Part shown: positions 19,946 to 30,951 of the stretch, piece by piece
How the letters are laid out: each line of letters opens with the position of its first letter
How positions within the stretch are numbered: the first letter of the stretch is position 1
Assembly: GCA_963701095.1 (NCBI GenBank)
Contig: OY969564.1
Coordinates: forward strand, 640,001 to 704,000
From: an uncultured Methanoregulaceae archaeon
GTDB lineage: Archaea; Halobacteriota; Methanomicrobia; Methanomicrobiales; Methanospirillaceae
Length of the DNA stretch: 64,000 bases
Direction: 5' to 3'
The notes under the pieces: model-generated
The model's input: only the letters and a program-made list of their open reading frames with translations
Database searches by the model: none
What the model was told of the DNA's origin: nothing
Translations under genes and position numbers: made by a program

Positions 19946-22063
19946 ATGGTTAAATCAATCGGACTGTTCTCAACCAGGATACTATCTATCATTCACATCC
20001 CCAGAAGTACTTCTCTGGATAAAAAAGAGGCCTCACACCGGGTATTGGCTGAATATGACGGCGAAACACATAGGAAGAGGAAACGGTATGTTCTTGTTCT
20101 TGTCGGATTGTTGATGATCATTGCGCTGGTAATGGTGATGCCGGTATCTGCATCGGTCTGGACACAAGTCAGTGGTTCCTCCGGAGTGCCGTTTGCCGGG
20201 ATTCCCGAAGGTACGCTCATCTCCGGCGGGACACTCTATGCCTGGACGGATGGAGACGGCGTGTGGGCGTGGAACGACACTTCCTGGTCACAGGTTGGGG
20301 GTTCTTCTGGATTGACGGGTTATTCCAGGGTTGTCCAGGGTATGATCAGCTCCGGCGGGATGCTCTATGCCGCGACTGATAACGGCGTGTGGGTGTGGGA
20401 TGGTAGAACATGGTCGCTGGTCGGCAGTTCTCAGCCGTTTTATTCTAATAATGGAGGGCTTAACATTCCCGGACCGCTGGTCAGTTCCGGCGGGACGCTC
20501 TATGTAGTATATGGCGACGACTTGTGGTCATGGAACAGCACAATGTGGTCTCAAGTCGGAACATTCCCACAGACGACTCCCGTTGTCAGTTTTGTCATTT
20601 ACAATGGAGCATTCTATTTCGGCTCGTGGCAAAGCGTGTGGACAAGGCATGGCACCTCCTGGATACAGGTCGGAGATTCCGTAGGTGACGGGTGGGTTTA
20701 TAACCTTGTCAGTTCCGGCGGGACGCTCTATGGTGGGACTGAAAACGGTGTGTGGGCGTGGAATGGCACAACCTGGACCGAGGTGGGAGGTTACTCCGGA
20801 CTGACAGGGAATGCAGCATTTATCATGTCCCTGATCAGTTCCGGCGGGTCACTCTATGCCGGAACTGATGGAGGTGGTGTATGGACGTGGAACGGCGTCT
20901 CCTGGTCGCAGATGGCTGGACCCTCCGGAATGACATCTGGCATTATCTTTAGTCTTCTCAGTTCTGGCAGTACACTCTATGCCGGGACGTATAATGGCGT
21001 GTGGGCTACGACTCTGACTCCACTGTCCCCTCCGGTTATAACCGGTATTTCACCTTCGAATGGACCTGCATCCGGAGGAACATCTGTGACAATTACCGGA
21101 TCCGGATTAAGCGGGGCAACCGGGGTTTCATTTGGATCAATTCCTGCAACCAGTTTCACGGTGGTCTCTGACACCCAGATTAACGCCACGTCACCGGCCG
21201 GTTCTGCCGGAATGGTTCATGTAACCGTTACTACTCCGGGTGGGACCAGCGCAACTTCATCTGCCGATGAGTTCACCTATTTCTATCCAGCACCGGTCGT
21301 AACTAATATCTCTCCGGATAACGGACCCGTTGCCGGGGGAACATCGGTGACCGTTTCCGGTTCCGGGTTTACCGGGGCAACCGGGGTTTTATTTGGATCA
21401 ATTCCGGCCACGGGTTTCACAATAAACTCAGATTCTCATATCACCGCCACATCGCCGGCCGGGTCGGGAATTGTTGATGTAATCGTAACTTCTCCGGGAG
21501 GAACCAGCACTGTATCGTCTGGTGACCAATTCACCTATACCACCAATATAGTCAATCTCATCACGACAACAGGTATCCTGATTACCCTGTCGAGCAGTCC
21601 GGGGACCACTCTCTCGAACGTTGAAGCAATTGCGAACCCTTCACCATCAAATACCCCGGCAAATATTACATGGCCACTGGGGTTCATCAGTTTCGATGTC
21701 AACAATGTCCCGGTTGGCGGGTCGGCTACGGTTACTATCACCATGCCAGTCGGTACGATTGTGAACACCTACTACAAGTATGGTCCGACTCCGGACGATG
21801 CAACACCGCACTGGTACCCGTTCATGTACGATGGCCAATCCGGTGCCCAGATTAAAGGTAATGTTATTACCCTCCACTTCGTTGATGGAAAACGTGGCGA
21901 TAACGACATCGCGGCTAACGGGGTAATCTCTGATGCCGGTGGCCCGGGGTATAATGCAAATATCCCATTAGTTCCCGAATTCCCCTCGCTTGTTTTACCC
22001 GTGACCATGATCATTGGTATACTGGGAACGGCCCTCTTCCTCAGGAGAACCAGGGAAAACTGA
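19946..22063 (+). CDS. Surface protein: beta-propeller-like repeats + 2 IPT/TIG + choice-of-anchor-U-like domain + PEF-CTERM
   Basis: About 6 repeats of SSGGTLYAGTxGGVWxWNG; two ISPxNGPxxGGTSVTI domains; YYKYGPTPD...ITLHFVDGKRGDND; tail VPEFP-TM-RRTREN. Confidence 0.85.
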   Translation: MVKSIGLFSTRILSIIHIPRSTSLDKKEASHRVLAEYDGETHRKRKRYVLVLVGLLMIIALVMVMPVSASVWTQVSGSSGVPFAGIPEGTLISGGTLYAWTDGDGVWAWNDTSWSQVGGSSGLTGYSRVVQGMISSGGMLYAATDNGVWVWDGRTWSLVGSSQPFYSNNGGLNIPGPLVSSGGTLYVVYGDDLWSWNSTMWSQVGTFPQTTPVVSFVIYNGAFYFGSWQSVWTRHGTSWIQVGDSVGDGWVYNLVSSGGTLYGGTENGVWAWNGTTWTEVGGYSGLTGNAAFIMSLISSGGSLYAGTDGGGVWTWNGVSWSQMAGPSGMTSGIIFSLLSSGSTLYAGTYNGVWATTLTPLSPPVITGISPSNGPASGGTSVTITGSGLSGATGVSFGSIPATSFTVVSDTQINATSPAGSAGMVHVTVTTPGGTSATSSADEFTYFYPAPVVTNISPDNGPVAGGTSVTVSGSGFTGATGVLFGSIPATGFTINSDSHITATSPAGSGIVDVIVTSPGGTSTVSSGDQFTYTTNIVNLITTTGILITLSSSPGTTLSNVEAIANPSPSNTPANITWPLGFISFDVNNVPVGGSATVTITMPVGTIVNTYYKYGPTPDDATPHWYPFMYDGQSGAQIKGNVITLHFVDGKRGDNDIAANGVISDAGGPGYNANIPLVPEFPSLVLPVTMIIGILGTALFLRRTREN

Positions 22064-22109
22064 CTTTTTTTATTTAATCCGGCTTTTTGAAACCAGGATG
22101 AAATGAGAT

Positions 22110-22943
22110 TTATGTTTTTTGAGATTTTTTAGCGACCAGGTAGATCCGGTTAAACGTTAGGTTCACCATACCATATTCATCGGCCTGTTCTTTAAAAGCG
22201 GTTTTCATCAGGCTCCGGAAGGTCTCAACGTATTCATCCGTCAGGGGAACGGAATAAAATGACTGGTTTAAATAACCGTTTTCCGCACCCGACTGATAAA
22301 TGCCATATACCTGATCTACGGTATACCGGGCTGACTCTTCGACTATGGTGCATTTTTCAACGTCAAATCCGGATTTCTCAAAAAGCGTACGGTAATCATC
22401 TTCTCTTTCCAGAAACATCCATGGATTTTTAAAAAAGCCGAAGGTTTTTCTGGTGGCCGGATTATTACAGACTTGTTCAATAGCGCTCACAAAATTGGGA
22501 CAGTACATCGCGGTGGCAGGAGCCTGGATACCCATGCGGCCGTTGGGTTTTAGCGCTGCAAAACATTGTTTGAGCACTTTTTTAGGATGTGAGAACCACT
22601 GGAAAGCAGAATTGCAATAGATTACATCAAATGAGTTCGAAATGCCCAGACACTCAGCATCTTTTACGAGAAAACTCACATTTGGCTGGCCGGCGTTCTT
22701 GCTGATGGCTTCGTTGATCATGCTCCCGGAAATATCTGTGCCCACGACGATACCCTCTGTACAGCGGGCAATTTCCCGGGTTGTGCGACCGGATCCACAC
22801 CCAAGGTCAAGGACATTTTCATCTTCCCGGATGGACATCAGCCCCAGCAAAACATCCGACGCCGATTTCTGGACCAGAGCCTTTTGTTCATACACGGAAG
22901 CTTTACTGTCGAAATTAATGTCCACCATCACTTTATCTCCCAC
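22110..22943 (-). CDS. Class I SAM-dependent methyltransferase (Tam/BioC-like)
   Basis: VLDLGCGSG, FDVIYCNSAFQW, LKPNG. Confidence 0.88.
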   Translation of the reverse strand: MGDKVMVDINFDSKASVYEQKALVQKSASDVLLGLMSIREDENVLDLGCGSGRTTREIARCTEGIVVGTDISGSMINEAISKNAGQPNVSFLVKDAECLGISNSFDVIYCNSAFQWFSHPKKVLKQCFAALKPNGRMGIQAPATAMYCPNFVSAIEQVCNNPATRKTFGFFKNPWMFLEREDDYRTLFEKSGFDVEKCTIVEESARYTVDQVYGIYQSGAENGYLNQSFYSVPLTDEYVETFRSLMKTAFKEQADEYGMVNLTFNRIYLVAKKSQKT

Positions 22944-22957
22944 ATCAATGCGTATTT

Positions 22958-24584
22958 TCAGGAAAATCCTGTCGAAAGACCGTCCCGGATATCCTGTTTC
23001 TTTTCTGCATTCAAAACCGTAAGGTAATCCTCGAACTTGTGGATCCGGGTGCTGACCGGGAAGGGGATCGAGAGGGTACTGATAATTGCCTCGCCCCGGT
23101 CCAGGGTCTGGATCTCGACTTCCATCCGGGACAGGTCCTGTTTGGCACTCCCCATCACAATATCCCGGTCGCCCCGGTCGCCAAGGCCCATGATGACAAA
23201 GGTGTTAATCTGGGCGAGCACTTTGGGATCCACGTTTTTTGGCTGTTGCGTGATGACGCAGAGCCCGACCCCGAACTTCCGGCCTTCCATGGCACATTCC
23301 CGGAACACCTGGGTCGATGATCCGCCGCTCGCAAGCACCCGTTGCGCTTCGTCAATGGCTATGAGGATCTGGTGCTGTTCTACCGATTCGTCCTCGATAC
23401 CGAACTCTTCTGCGGTTTTCCGGTGTTCGTGCAGGATACGCCGGGTGATCATGGAGAGGATGAAGAGTTCGCTCCGTTCACTCATCCGGGGGATATCGAT
23501 GAGGACAACCTTGTGATCGTGGAGGGCGTTGATAATTTCCTGGATTGCGGATCCCTTGGAACGGAAGAACCGTTCATTACCGTGCGCAATAATTTTTACT
23601 TTTCTCTGGATAGACTGGAGCGTTGAAGGGTGGAAAGCTTTGAGCCGGTCTGCGATCTCAGGGTAAATCCCCCGGTACGTCCCGTCTTTTACCTGGTCCG
23701 GGAGGCTTTCAATATCTTCTACGGCTAGGAAAAAGGAGATGGTCTTGCTGCCGGAGAACTCTTCCAAGGCTTCGATGGCTTCTGCCTGGGCTGGTGAAAG
23801 TTCATAGAGAAGGCTGAGGTCACCCATCCGGAAATCGTCGTATTCCAGCCAGAGTCTGGTTTGCCCCGTATTTTTTCTGGTTGTTTTTATCGATAGAGAA
23901 AATGGCAAGCCCCTCTTTTCCCGACGAGTAGTGCGGCAGTCCCTTGCGGGTCTCCCCGGAAATGGACTTTCCGCCTCGGACGTATTCACCGTGGGGATCG
24001 ACAATCAAAAGGCCGAACTGCCGGGCTTTCATGGACGAGGCACAGAACACCCGCATGAAATTGCTTTTTCCCATACCGGTCGTTGCAAAGACGCCCATGT
24101 GCTGGGGGAGGACAGCACTGGGGATCTTCACGGGGACACCTTTGAGATCTTCCTGGCCGGTCCGGATAACGCCGACTTCGATATCGCCCATGACTTTTTT
24201 CAGGAAATCAAAGTCTTCAGCCGCCGGGATACTGACCCGGGAGAATTTCACGGGGACCGTCCGGGGTTTCCGGAAGATGCTGGTTTCATCGATAAAGCCG
24301 AGCGGGACTGCTTCGACCCCGATAAAGACATCCTCGCCAAGGTCATAGAACTGTTCGCTGTAGGGTCTGGTATCCCAGTTCTGGTCAGAAAAATTGCTCT
24401 CGTGGAAGAGGTCGGTGACTTTGGCAAAGAAGGTATACTTTTTCTTATCGTCTTCGATCTTGATGATGTCACCCACAAAAAGACCTGCATCATGGGGAAC
24501 GATGAAACGGTACGCGAGAACGCTTTTGCCGATGAGCCGGAATTTCGTTTTATCTGTCGTTTCAATATCGTTCAAAGTCATCAT
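22958..24584 (-). CDS. herA: HerA helicase/ATPase; frameshift at about 23858
   Basis: HAS-barrel N-terminus, HMGVFATTGMGKS, IVDPHGEY, IDEAQR, EGRKFGVGLCVITQQP. Last gene of the mre11 operon. Confidence 0.9.
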
Positions 24585-25584
24585 GGAGGTCACCAAAGAG
24601 CATATCAAACATTTCCTTGTTCAATCCCCGGACGGAAAATCCTTTCATTAAGTCCTGCCGGACGTGTTCGATTAAGGGATCGTCAATTACCACGGTACGG
24701 TGTGCATCAAGGAGCGGGTACGGGTATCCCGGTATTCTCCCGTCATCGGCACAGGATGCAATGGCACCCATTATTTTTTTAACGGTCTGGTCATCCGTGT
24801 CGCTCGGCAGCTCAAGCCGGAAGGGCACATTTTTGGACGGGTGAAACGAGGCCACGTACAGGTCACCGAGCTTGTCCCGGACGGGACTGTCCGGGATGCG
24901 TTCATCGATCTTTATCCACCAGGGACCGGTCATGCCGAACTTTTTTGCAAGGCCGGCCATTGCCGGAAGGAGAGGATGTACTCCTCCCCACATGGCGTTT
25001 GTCCGTTTTGCAATCGCTGCAATAAGGACACCCCGGTTCTGTGTGGTCTGGATGATTTCCTGCATGACTGGCTCATGGTTGGCGTCCGTGACCCGGAAGG
25101 TGCCGTCTAGGAGGAGCAGCGATCCTTCCGGGAGGGTTCGTGCCTGGTTTAAGGCTACGCCGTATTCCAGCGTGTCCCGGAGAATGGCAGAAACCCGGAG
25201 CACATCCTTGTTTTTCAGGCCTTTTGCAGGAATGATCCCGAAACACTCGTTCATGAGGATGAGATAATCCTCGTTCTCATGCTCAGGGCCGATGGTGACG
25301 ATCCGGAGCGGCGTGATCGCCCGGGAGCGCCGTTCCCCCGCAAAAAAGGTGGTGTGTGCCGCTCGGACGGCAGCAAGAGCAAAACCGCCCGATTCCGCAA
25401 TTGTCACGTTGCTCCCGTCAACGGCAGAGATAACGCCCCGGAATGTTCCGGTAATGGGGTGGATATCGTCTGCGGTCAAGGTACTCTGGGCAGCAAATTT
25501 CTCCACCATGTTGTCTCCCACCTGCCGGTAAATCTGGTCGAGGACGTGGGCAAGGGAATCTTCATACAACGGATCGGTCGGCAT
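24562..25584 (-). CDS. nurA: NurA 5'-3' nuclease
   Basis: AVDGS, LLLDGT, IAKRT, GYPYPLLDAH. Confidence 0.92.
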   Translation of the reverse strand: MPTDPLYEDSLAHVLDQIYRQVGDNMVEKFAAQSTLTADDIHPITGTFRGVISAVDGSNVTIAESGGFALAAVRAAHTTFFAGERRSRAITPLRIVTIGPEHENEDYLILMNECFGIIPAKGLKNKDVLRVSAILRDTLEYGVALNQARTLPEGSLLLLDGTFRVTDANHEPVMQEIIQTTQNRGVLIAAIAKRTNAMWGGVHPLLPAMAGLAKKFGMTGPWWIKIDERIPDSPVRDKLGDLYVASFHPSKNVPFRLELPSDTDDQTVKKIMGAIASCADDGRIPGYPYPLLDAHRTVVIDDPLIEHVRQDLMKGFSVRGLNKEMFDMLFGDLHDDFERY

Positions 25585-28022
25585 TATTCCACCACCTTGA
25601 CCCGGCTTGCGAGGTCTGCGCCCATCTCGACGACCAGCGTGGTTTCAAACTCGCCCTGCATTTCCGGGATATGGGAGATAAGGATAATCTGCGGGAACCG
25701 GGATTCCTGGGTCCGTAATGCGGTAAGCAGGTTGTTTCTCCGTTCTTCGTCCTGGCTCCCGAATATTTCATCGAAGATGAGGAGCGTGCTTTCATGGACA
25801 TTGTGGAGCTCGGCAAGGTACCGGGAGAGGGCGATTCTCAGTGCTACTGCGATGTCGTCCTGTTCGCCGCCACTGAACCGGTCGATGGCGTAATCGGCGT
25901 CGATGTCCCGGATACTGAGGTTAAAATCATCGTCTAAAAGGACCTGTTCGTACCGGCCACCGGTGATTTCGCTGACAATGCGGCTGACTTCACCTTCGAT
26001 CCGGTTCCGGACGACCTGCATGAGGTAGACAACGTATTCGGCGATGATTGATCTCGTTAGTTTCAACAGTTCGATCTCTTCGGACGCGGCTTTGATGCGG
26101 ACTTCAAGCTCTGCGAGTTTTGCCTGCTCACTTTTAATTGTTGCAATCTTTTCCTCGGCATGCCGGACCTGTTCGGTGGCCCGGGCATGTCCGGTGTCTG
26201 CTTCCCGCTGAGCTTCAGTGACCTGTGCGAGCTGTTCCTCAAGCATGTACTCATGTGCCGGATCGAAGGGGTTTCTGGCGATCAGGGCATCTGTTTCTTT
26301 TTGCGCCGCTTCATTTTCTGCGATCCGTGTTTTTACGGCGGTCAGTTGTGTCTGGATCTCGCCAGCCTGTGCCAGCTGCCGGGCAAGCTCATTGTATCGC
26401 GTTTGTACCTTTTCAAGGTCGGTGACTGCTTTTTCTATTGCCGTGAAAGCCACAATATCGAAATGGCACGCCCTCATTTTTTCGGCGATTTGCTTTTCGG
26501 CTGTTTCCTTTTCGTGCAGCGTTTTCAGGAGATCAGCCAGTTCTTTTTCGATAGCGGGTAACCGTGCCTGAGCTTCAGCATATTTCCGGAGGCCGACAAG
26601 TTTCGGGACAATACTCTCCAGGACTGATTTCTCTTTTTTGAGTTTCTCCCAGGAGGCAAGGACCGTGATCGCTTCGTCTTGGATTACGGCAAGCTGGGAT
26701 GCGAACTCCTGTTCGATTTCGGTGTAATGCTCGCCGAGTTTCTGCCGGCACAGGGGGCATGTGCCATTTTCACCAGCGGCCTGGAGTGTGTCGCGGTCGC
26801 TGATGAGTTTGGCCTGGTCTTTCTCAAGGCGTTTCTGCCGTTCTCCGAAGGTTCCAAGCGAACGGTCGATCTCCTGGTTCTTTGCGGCAACGAGCGTTTC
26901 AAGATTCGCATCCGGGACGGTCCCGACGATCCGGAGCCCGGTCCGGATCTCAGCCCGGAGTTTGTCTGCTTTTTCTGCATCTTTCCGGATTTCTGCGACC
27001 TGTTCCTGGTGTTTGGCAATTCGAATGGAAAGATCGCCACATTGCTGACGGGCAAACTGTTGTTCTGCGGTGAGCCGGTCTACCTGACCTTTGAGATTTC
27101 TCAGGTTCTCGAGCTGCCGCTTTTTCTCCGGGTATGCTGCGACCTGTGCTTCAAGGGAACGGCATTCCTGTTCCCGGGCAGATAATGAGGTGAGACGGTG
27201 CGCCAGATCGTCCTGCTGGTGCCTGAGTCCGGTCATTTCCCGGACCAGCGTATTCTTTGTTTCTGTCCGCCGGGTATGCTCGTCCCTTTGCGCATTGAAT
27301 TCCCGTATCGCTTTATAAACCGTATCTTTTTTTATCGTCAGTGATGCTCGTTCTTTTTCGTACGCCGCAATTTGTGTCCGGGTCGACATTAACTCGGCAT
27401 GGAGCCGGGGGAGGTCTTCCGGATTCTGTCTTCCACGGATACCAATAAGTTCTCCTTCGAGGAGCCGGAGACCGGATTCTGCAGCATCAACCCGTTCTTT
27501 GAGGATCTTCTGGGACTCAGCGCTGAGGTAATCGATGCCGAGTGCCTTGAGGAACCATTCCTTTCTCTTGCCCGGCGTGCTTTCAAGGAGGGTTAAAAGG
27601 TCTTTCTGGCCGGCATAAATGGTATTTTTGAAATCCACCGGGCCCATGCCAAGGGTCCGGCGGACTTCGGCTTCGACGGGACCTACTTCTTTTGCCACGA
27701 GCTTTCCGTTCCGGTAGAACTCTGCATCGTGCTGGACGCTCTTTCCCTTTTTGAATGTCCGGATGACGGTGTAGTGTTCGCCACCGACGGAAAATTCGAG
27801 CTTTACTTCGCACTTGTCTTTTGGTGCAGCAAATGAGGAGACGATGTACTCCGGGGCAATGCCGGTTGCCCGGACGCCATAGAGGGCAAAGAAGATTGCC
27901 TGGACGATGCTGGATTTTCCTGTACCGTTGTTCCCGAGGATGCCGGTGATGCCATCAGTGAATTCAATGGTCTCGTTCCGGAACCGTTTGAAGTTCCGTA
28001 CCGTGAGCCGGTCAATGATCAT
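25584..28022 (-). CDS. rad50: Rad50 ATPase (SMC family)
   Basis: GNNGTGKSS, coiled coil with CPLC zinc hook, FSGGE, FDEIFGSQD, ISH. Confidence 0.96.
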   Translation of the reverse strand: MIIDRLTVRNFKRFRNETIEFTDGITGILGNNGTGKSSIVQAIFFALYGVRATGIAPEYIVSSFAAPKDKCEVKLEFSVGGEHYTVIRTFKKGKSVQHDAEFYRNGKLVAKEVGPVEAEVRRTLGMGPVDFKNTIYAGQKDLLTLLESTPGKRKEWFLKALGIDYLSAESQKILKERVDAAESGLRLLEGELIGIRGRQNPEDLPRLHAELMSTRTQIAAYEKERASLTIKKDTVYKAIREFNAQRDEHTRRTETKNTLVREMTGLRHQQDDLAHRLTSLSAREQECRSLEAQVAAYPEKKRQLENLRNLKGQVDRLTAEQQFARQQCGDLSIRIAKHQEQVAEIRKDAEKADKLRAEIRTGLRIVGTVPDANLETLVAAKNQEIDRSLGTFGERQKRLEKDQAKLISDRDTLQAAGENGTCPLCRQKLGEHYTEIEQEFASQLAVIQDEAITVLASWEKLKKEKSVLESIVPKLVGLRKYAEAQARLPAIEKELADLLKTLHEKETAEKQIAEKMRACHFDIVAFTAIEKAVTDLEKVQTRYNELARQLAQAGEIQTQLTAVKTRIAENEAAQKETDALIARNPFDPAHEYMLEEQLAQVTEAQREADTGHARATEQVRHAEEKIATIKSEQAKLAELEVRIKAASEEIELLKLTRSIIAEYVVYLMQVVRNRIEGEVSRIVSEITGGRYEQVLLDDDFNLSIRDIDADYAIDRFSGGEQDDIAVALRIALSRYLAELHNVHESTLLIFDEIFGSQDEERRNNLLTALRTQESRFPQIILISHIPEMQGEFETTLVVEMGADLASRVKVVE

Positions 28023-29161
28023 TCCGGCTCCTCCCGGTGCTGTTCCATGACTTCGGCAAGGACGGTTTTACCGGTCCGGGCAACAAACTCCTTCTGCTTT
28101 GTGCTGAGCTGTTGTTTTTCAACAAACGTCCCGAATTCGGCAAGGTAATCTATTGCCCGTACGTCCTGATTGATTGAAACCGGGGACTCTTCTCCGGCGG
28201 CAACGACCCGGATCTTAAGGTCTAATAGTTGTTCCCGGATGGGAGCTAATACACGCATATCGATGCCTTTGTCATGTTCACGGGAGATGCGGTCCAGGGT
28301 TATTTGTACGAGGGAGAACTTTTCCGGACACTTTTTTTCAATTCTCTTGATGATCTCCTCAGTAATTTCTGTTACATGGCGACCGGCGCAGGCGATGGTG
28401 CCACAGTCGTACATGGGTGTATGGGGAAGGTCAAGGTGGTCGACGGTGTGTTTGCCGGGGTTTATCACAAGACCACCTTTGATGTCCCGGATCTCGCCAT
28501 AGGTGAGGTATTCGGTGGAGCCGGAGTACCACGCGTTTTCAGCTATCTGCACCTGGTTGTGGTAGTGGCCAAGGGCAATGTAATCGAAGTCTGCCGAGAG
28601 GATGGTGCTGTCGAGCTCGTGTTCAGCGACGGTCGCAAGGCGCTTGTCCTTTATGGTTGTTGCAAGACCGTGGGTGACCAGCACATTGTTCTTACACTTG
28701 TCGAGTTCGACCTGATCGTATGCTGTCCGGTAGTCTTCAACCCGGAGCATGTTGGGGATCAGGTGGAAGACGGTATCGCCAATTTCGACTTTTTCGTACT
28801 TGAACTGGTATGCCGCGTGAATTTCCGCTGGGTAGTAGGTGAGGAGGACAAGCGGCGATGTGGTGTACCTGGTCTTGACCATGCTGTGGTTGCCGGTGAC
28901 GACCACAAGTGCGATACCTGCATCCTTAAGCCGGGTAAGTGCATCAAGGACAGTTTTGAATGCCCGGGTCTTTGGCTTGACGGTATCGAAAAGGTCGCCG
29001 GCGTGCACGAGTACATCCGGTTTTTCGCAGATGATCTGATCTATCGCAGTAAGGAAGTTATCGTAGATCTGCTTCTCGCGAAGGTTCATTCCTGACTCAG
29101 GATCGAGTCGGGAAAATGCGGAAAGGCCGAGATGGGTATCTGCGATATGGACGAGCTTCAT
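28019..29161 (-). CDS. mre11: Mre11 nuclease
   Basis: HIADTHLG, AGDLFD, GNH, ALGHYH, YSGS. Confidence 0.96.
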   Translation of the reverse strand: MKLVHIADTHLGLSAFSRLDPESGMNLREKQIYDNFLTAIDQIICEKPDVLVHAGDLFDTVKPKTRAFKTVLDALTRLKDAGIALVVVTGNHSMVKTRYTTSPLVLLTYYPAEIHAAYQFKYEKVEIGDTVFHLIPNMLRVEDYRTAYDQVELDKCKNNVLVTHGLATTIKDKRLATVAEHELDSTILSADFDYIALGHYHNQVQIAENAWYSGSTEYLTYGEIRDIKGGLVINPGKHTVDHLDLPHTPMYDCGTIACAGRHVTEITEEIIKRIEKKCPEKFSLVQITLDRISREHDKGIDMRVLAPIREQLLDLKIRVVAAGEESPVSINQDVRAIDYLAEFGTFVEKQQLSTKQKEFVARTGKTVLAEVMEQHREEPE

Positions 29162-29368
29162 TTTCTTAAGGAGTTAGATGGGGTGTACTGGGATATAAGG
29201 GGAAGGGGAGGACGGTGAAAATGGAATAAACAACCGAAGATTAAACCGGCTCAAATTTTCTTCTCCCTACTTGTGTACGGTTATAACCCAACATAAATAC
29301 GAGTTTGTGAGGGGTTATATCCTTACACTTTTGAAGGAATATCAAGGGGTATAACCTGACATTATCGA

Positions 29369-29428
29369 CCGCTCTTTGATGATCCAATCAATCCCGGCAA
29401 GGGAGTTATCGTAGATCTGCTTCTCGCG
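29369..29428 (-). pseudogene. Fragment of a second mre11 allele
   Basis: Encodes REKQIYDNSLAGIDWIIKER versus REKQIYDNFLTAIDQIICEK in mre11. 29404-29428 is identical to 29056-29080 (25 bp). Confidence 0.8.
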
Positions 29429-29487
29429 TAAGGCTCATCCGCCTCAAAAAGAGCGTGAGATTTAACCCCGCTGCCACTATCGAGGAC
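29423..29487 (-). repeat. Gene-3'-end repeat, copy 1 (partial)
   Basis: ctcgcgtaaggctcatccgcctcaaaaagagcgtgagatttaacc...cgaggac matches the copies at 38730 and 44734. Confidence 0.85.
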
Positions 29488-29734
29488 AACGGAGGGATTG
29501 AGGAGGATATTTTATTTCGAAATCTGTTATTAGGATTTTTTTGGCTGGTATGAAAAAATGCCATCAAAGAGGGAACGTATCTTCGTTTTTCATAATCATT
29601 CAAACAATAATATTAAATTCAATAAAAAAAGAATTCAAAATGACGTAAATGAAACATACTTTTGATAGTTATTCGTGTTTTGAGAGGTGGAATAATACCA
29701 AAGCAAATTATGTCGCTCACTGGAGGGATATCTA

Positions 29735-30199
29735 ATGAGTCTTTCTGATGAGGATGAAAACGAACTGCGTCAAATAGATGCTGATACTGAGGAATATCAG
29801 GACCATATAAGGGAATCGGAACACGGTCGTATTAGACGACTAAAACCGATAAATCCCATCTACATCGTATTTTTCGTTATCTTTTTTATTGTTGCCTTTG
29901 CCTATAGCTTTGGCATGTTCGATCCATTATTAACTTCTCATCTGACAGAAAAAGTAATTGGGAAAGAGCGGATTTCGGGATTCAAGGGGAGTTCAGTATA
30001 TGTGATTTACACCCTTGATCAGCAAATATTTGAAGTAAATGATAATTTTTTTGTCGGGGCGACGAATGCACAGAACATCTATAATGAAATTCAAGCCGAA
30101 CATACGTATAATATGACCGTAATCGGTTGGGATATTCCGATACTCCATGTGGCTGGTGGGGGATACCCCAATGTTATCCAGGTTCAGGAAGTCAATTAA
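29735..30199 (+). CDS. Membrane-anchored protein, DUF1523-like (phage-associated family)
   Basis: One TM, then KER...YVIYT...FEVNDNFF...IYNEIQ...YNMTVIGWDIP...YPNVI. Confidence 0.55.
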   Translation: MSLSDEDENELRQIDADTEEYQDHIRESEHGRIRRLKPINPIYIVFFVIFFIVAFAYSFGMFDPLLTSHLTEKVIGKERISGFKGSSVYVIYTLDQQIFEVNDNFFVGATNAQNIYNEIQAEHTYNMTVIGWDIPILHVAGGGYPNVIQVQEVN

Positions 30200-30433
30200 T
30201 AAAAGAATTTTTTTATTCCTTCCCACCGATTGTGAAAAAATTGAAAAAGCGGACTGATCAATTTATTCGGCAAAATCTCAAGGAAAATGGAGAGAATGCA
30301 AAAAAGGGAGCGAAATTTGTGGATTTCTGGGCCTTTGGTGATTATTTATTAGTCCCACAGATGCACCCAAACTAACTAAAATTTAATATATACAAAACCT
30401 TGAATAATAAATAGAATCGAGTGAGGAATAAAC

Positions 30434-30712
30434 ATGGTATTCGACTTGGATATCGTTAATCTCCTTAATTTAGTGCTTTGTATTGTTATCATAATTCTGG
30501 GAGTAATTGTCTTCACGCGAAAGGACGAACTGGGCGCATTGATTATCAGTCTTGCTTTCTTTCTTTTTGGCATTTCCCATCTTTATACTCTGTTGGGGCT
30601 GGGATCAACCTGGGAAGCCGCTACGATCTCTGCCCGGACTGTAGGCTATATGTTGATAATCTTTGCGTTATACTTATTCTTAAATCATGGAATCGATAAA
30701 GGAGAGGAATAA
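30434..30712 (+). CDS. Small 3-TM membrane protein
   Basis: Hydrophobic 92-aa ORF with GAGGA RBS and an upstream TTTAATATATA. Confidence 0.75.
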   Translation: MVFDLDIVNLLNLVLCIVIIILGVIVFTRKDELGALIISLAFFLFGISHLYTLLGLGSTWEAATISARTVGYMLIIFALYLFLNHGIDKGEE

Positions 30713-30951
30713 ACAGGAGCTCTCTGTTGGCCTCGATTATATGGTGAGGGTCCGGCATTACGGTAAAACCTCAATACTGTCCATTTTCTTTTGCCACATC
30801 AGGTTGTCTGGAGTGCAGCATTGCCATTATCGTTGCCTCATCGAGATTGCCATAAGTTCCAGTTTCCGATGGATTGTTGCCGGGCTATCGCCCATTGCCC
30901 GGATAAGAAAGCAACTTCATCGAATACAGCAGCGAATTTCTGAAAATAGGA

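Noticed and set aside
22958..25584. HerA/NurA as an anti-phage system
   Set aside because: It sits in the canonical archaeal mre11-rad50-nurA-herA double-strand-break repair operon.
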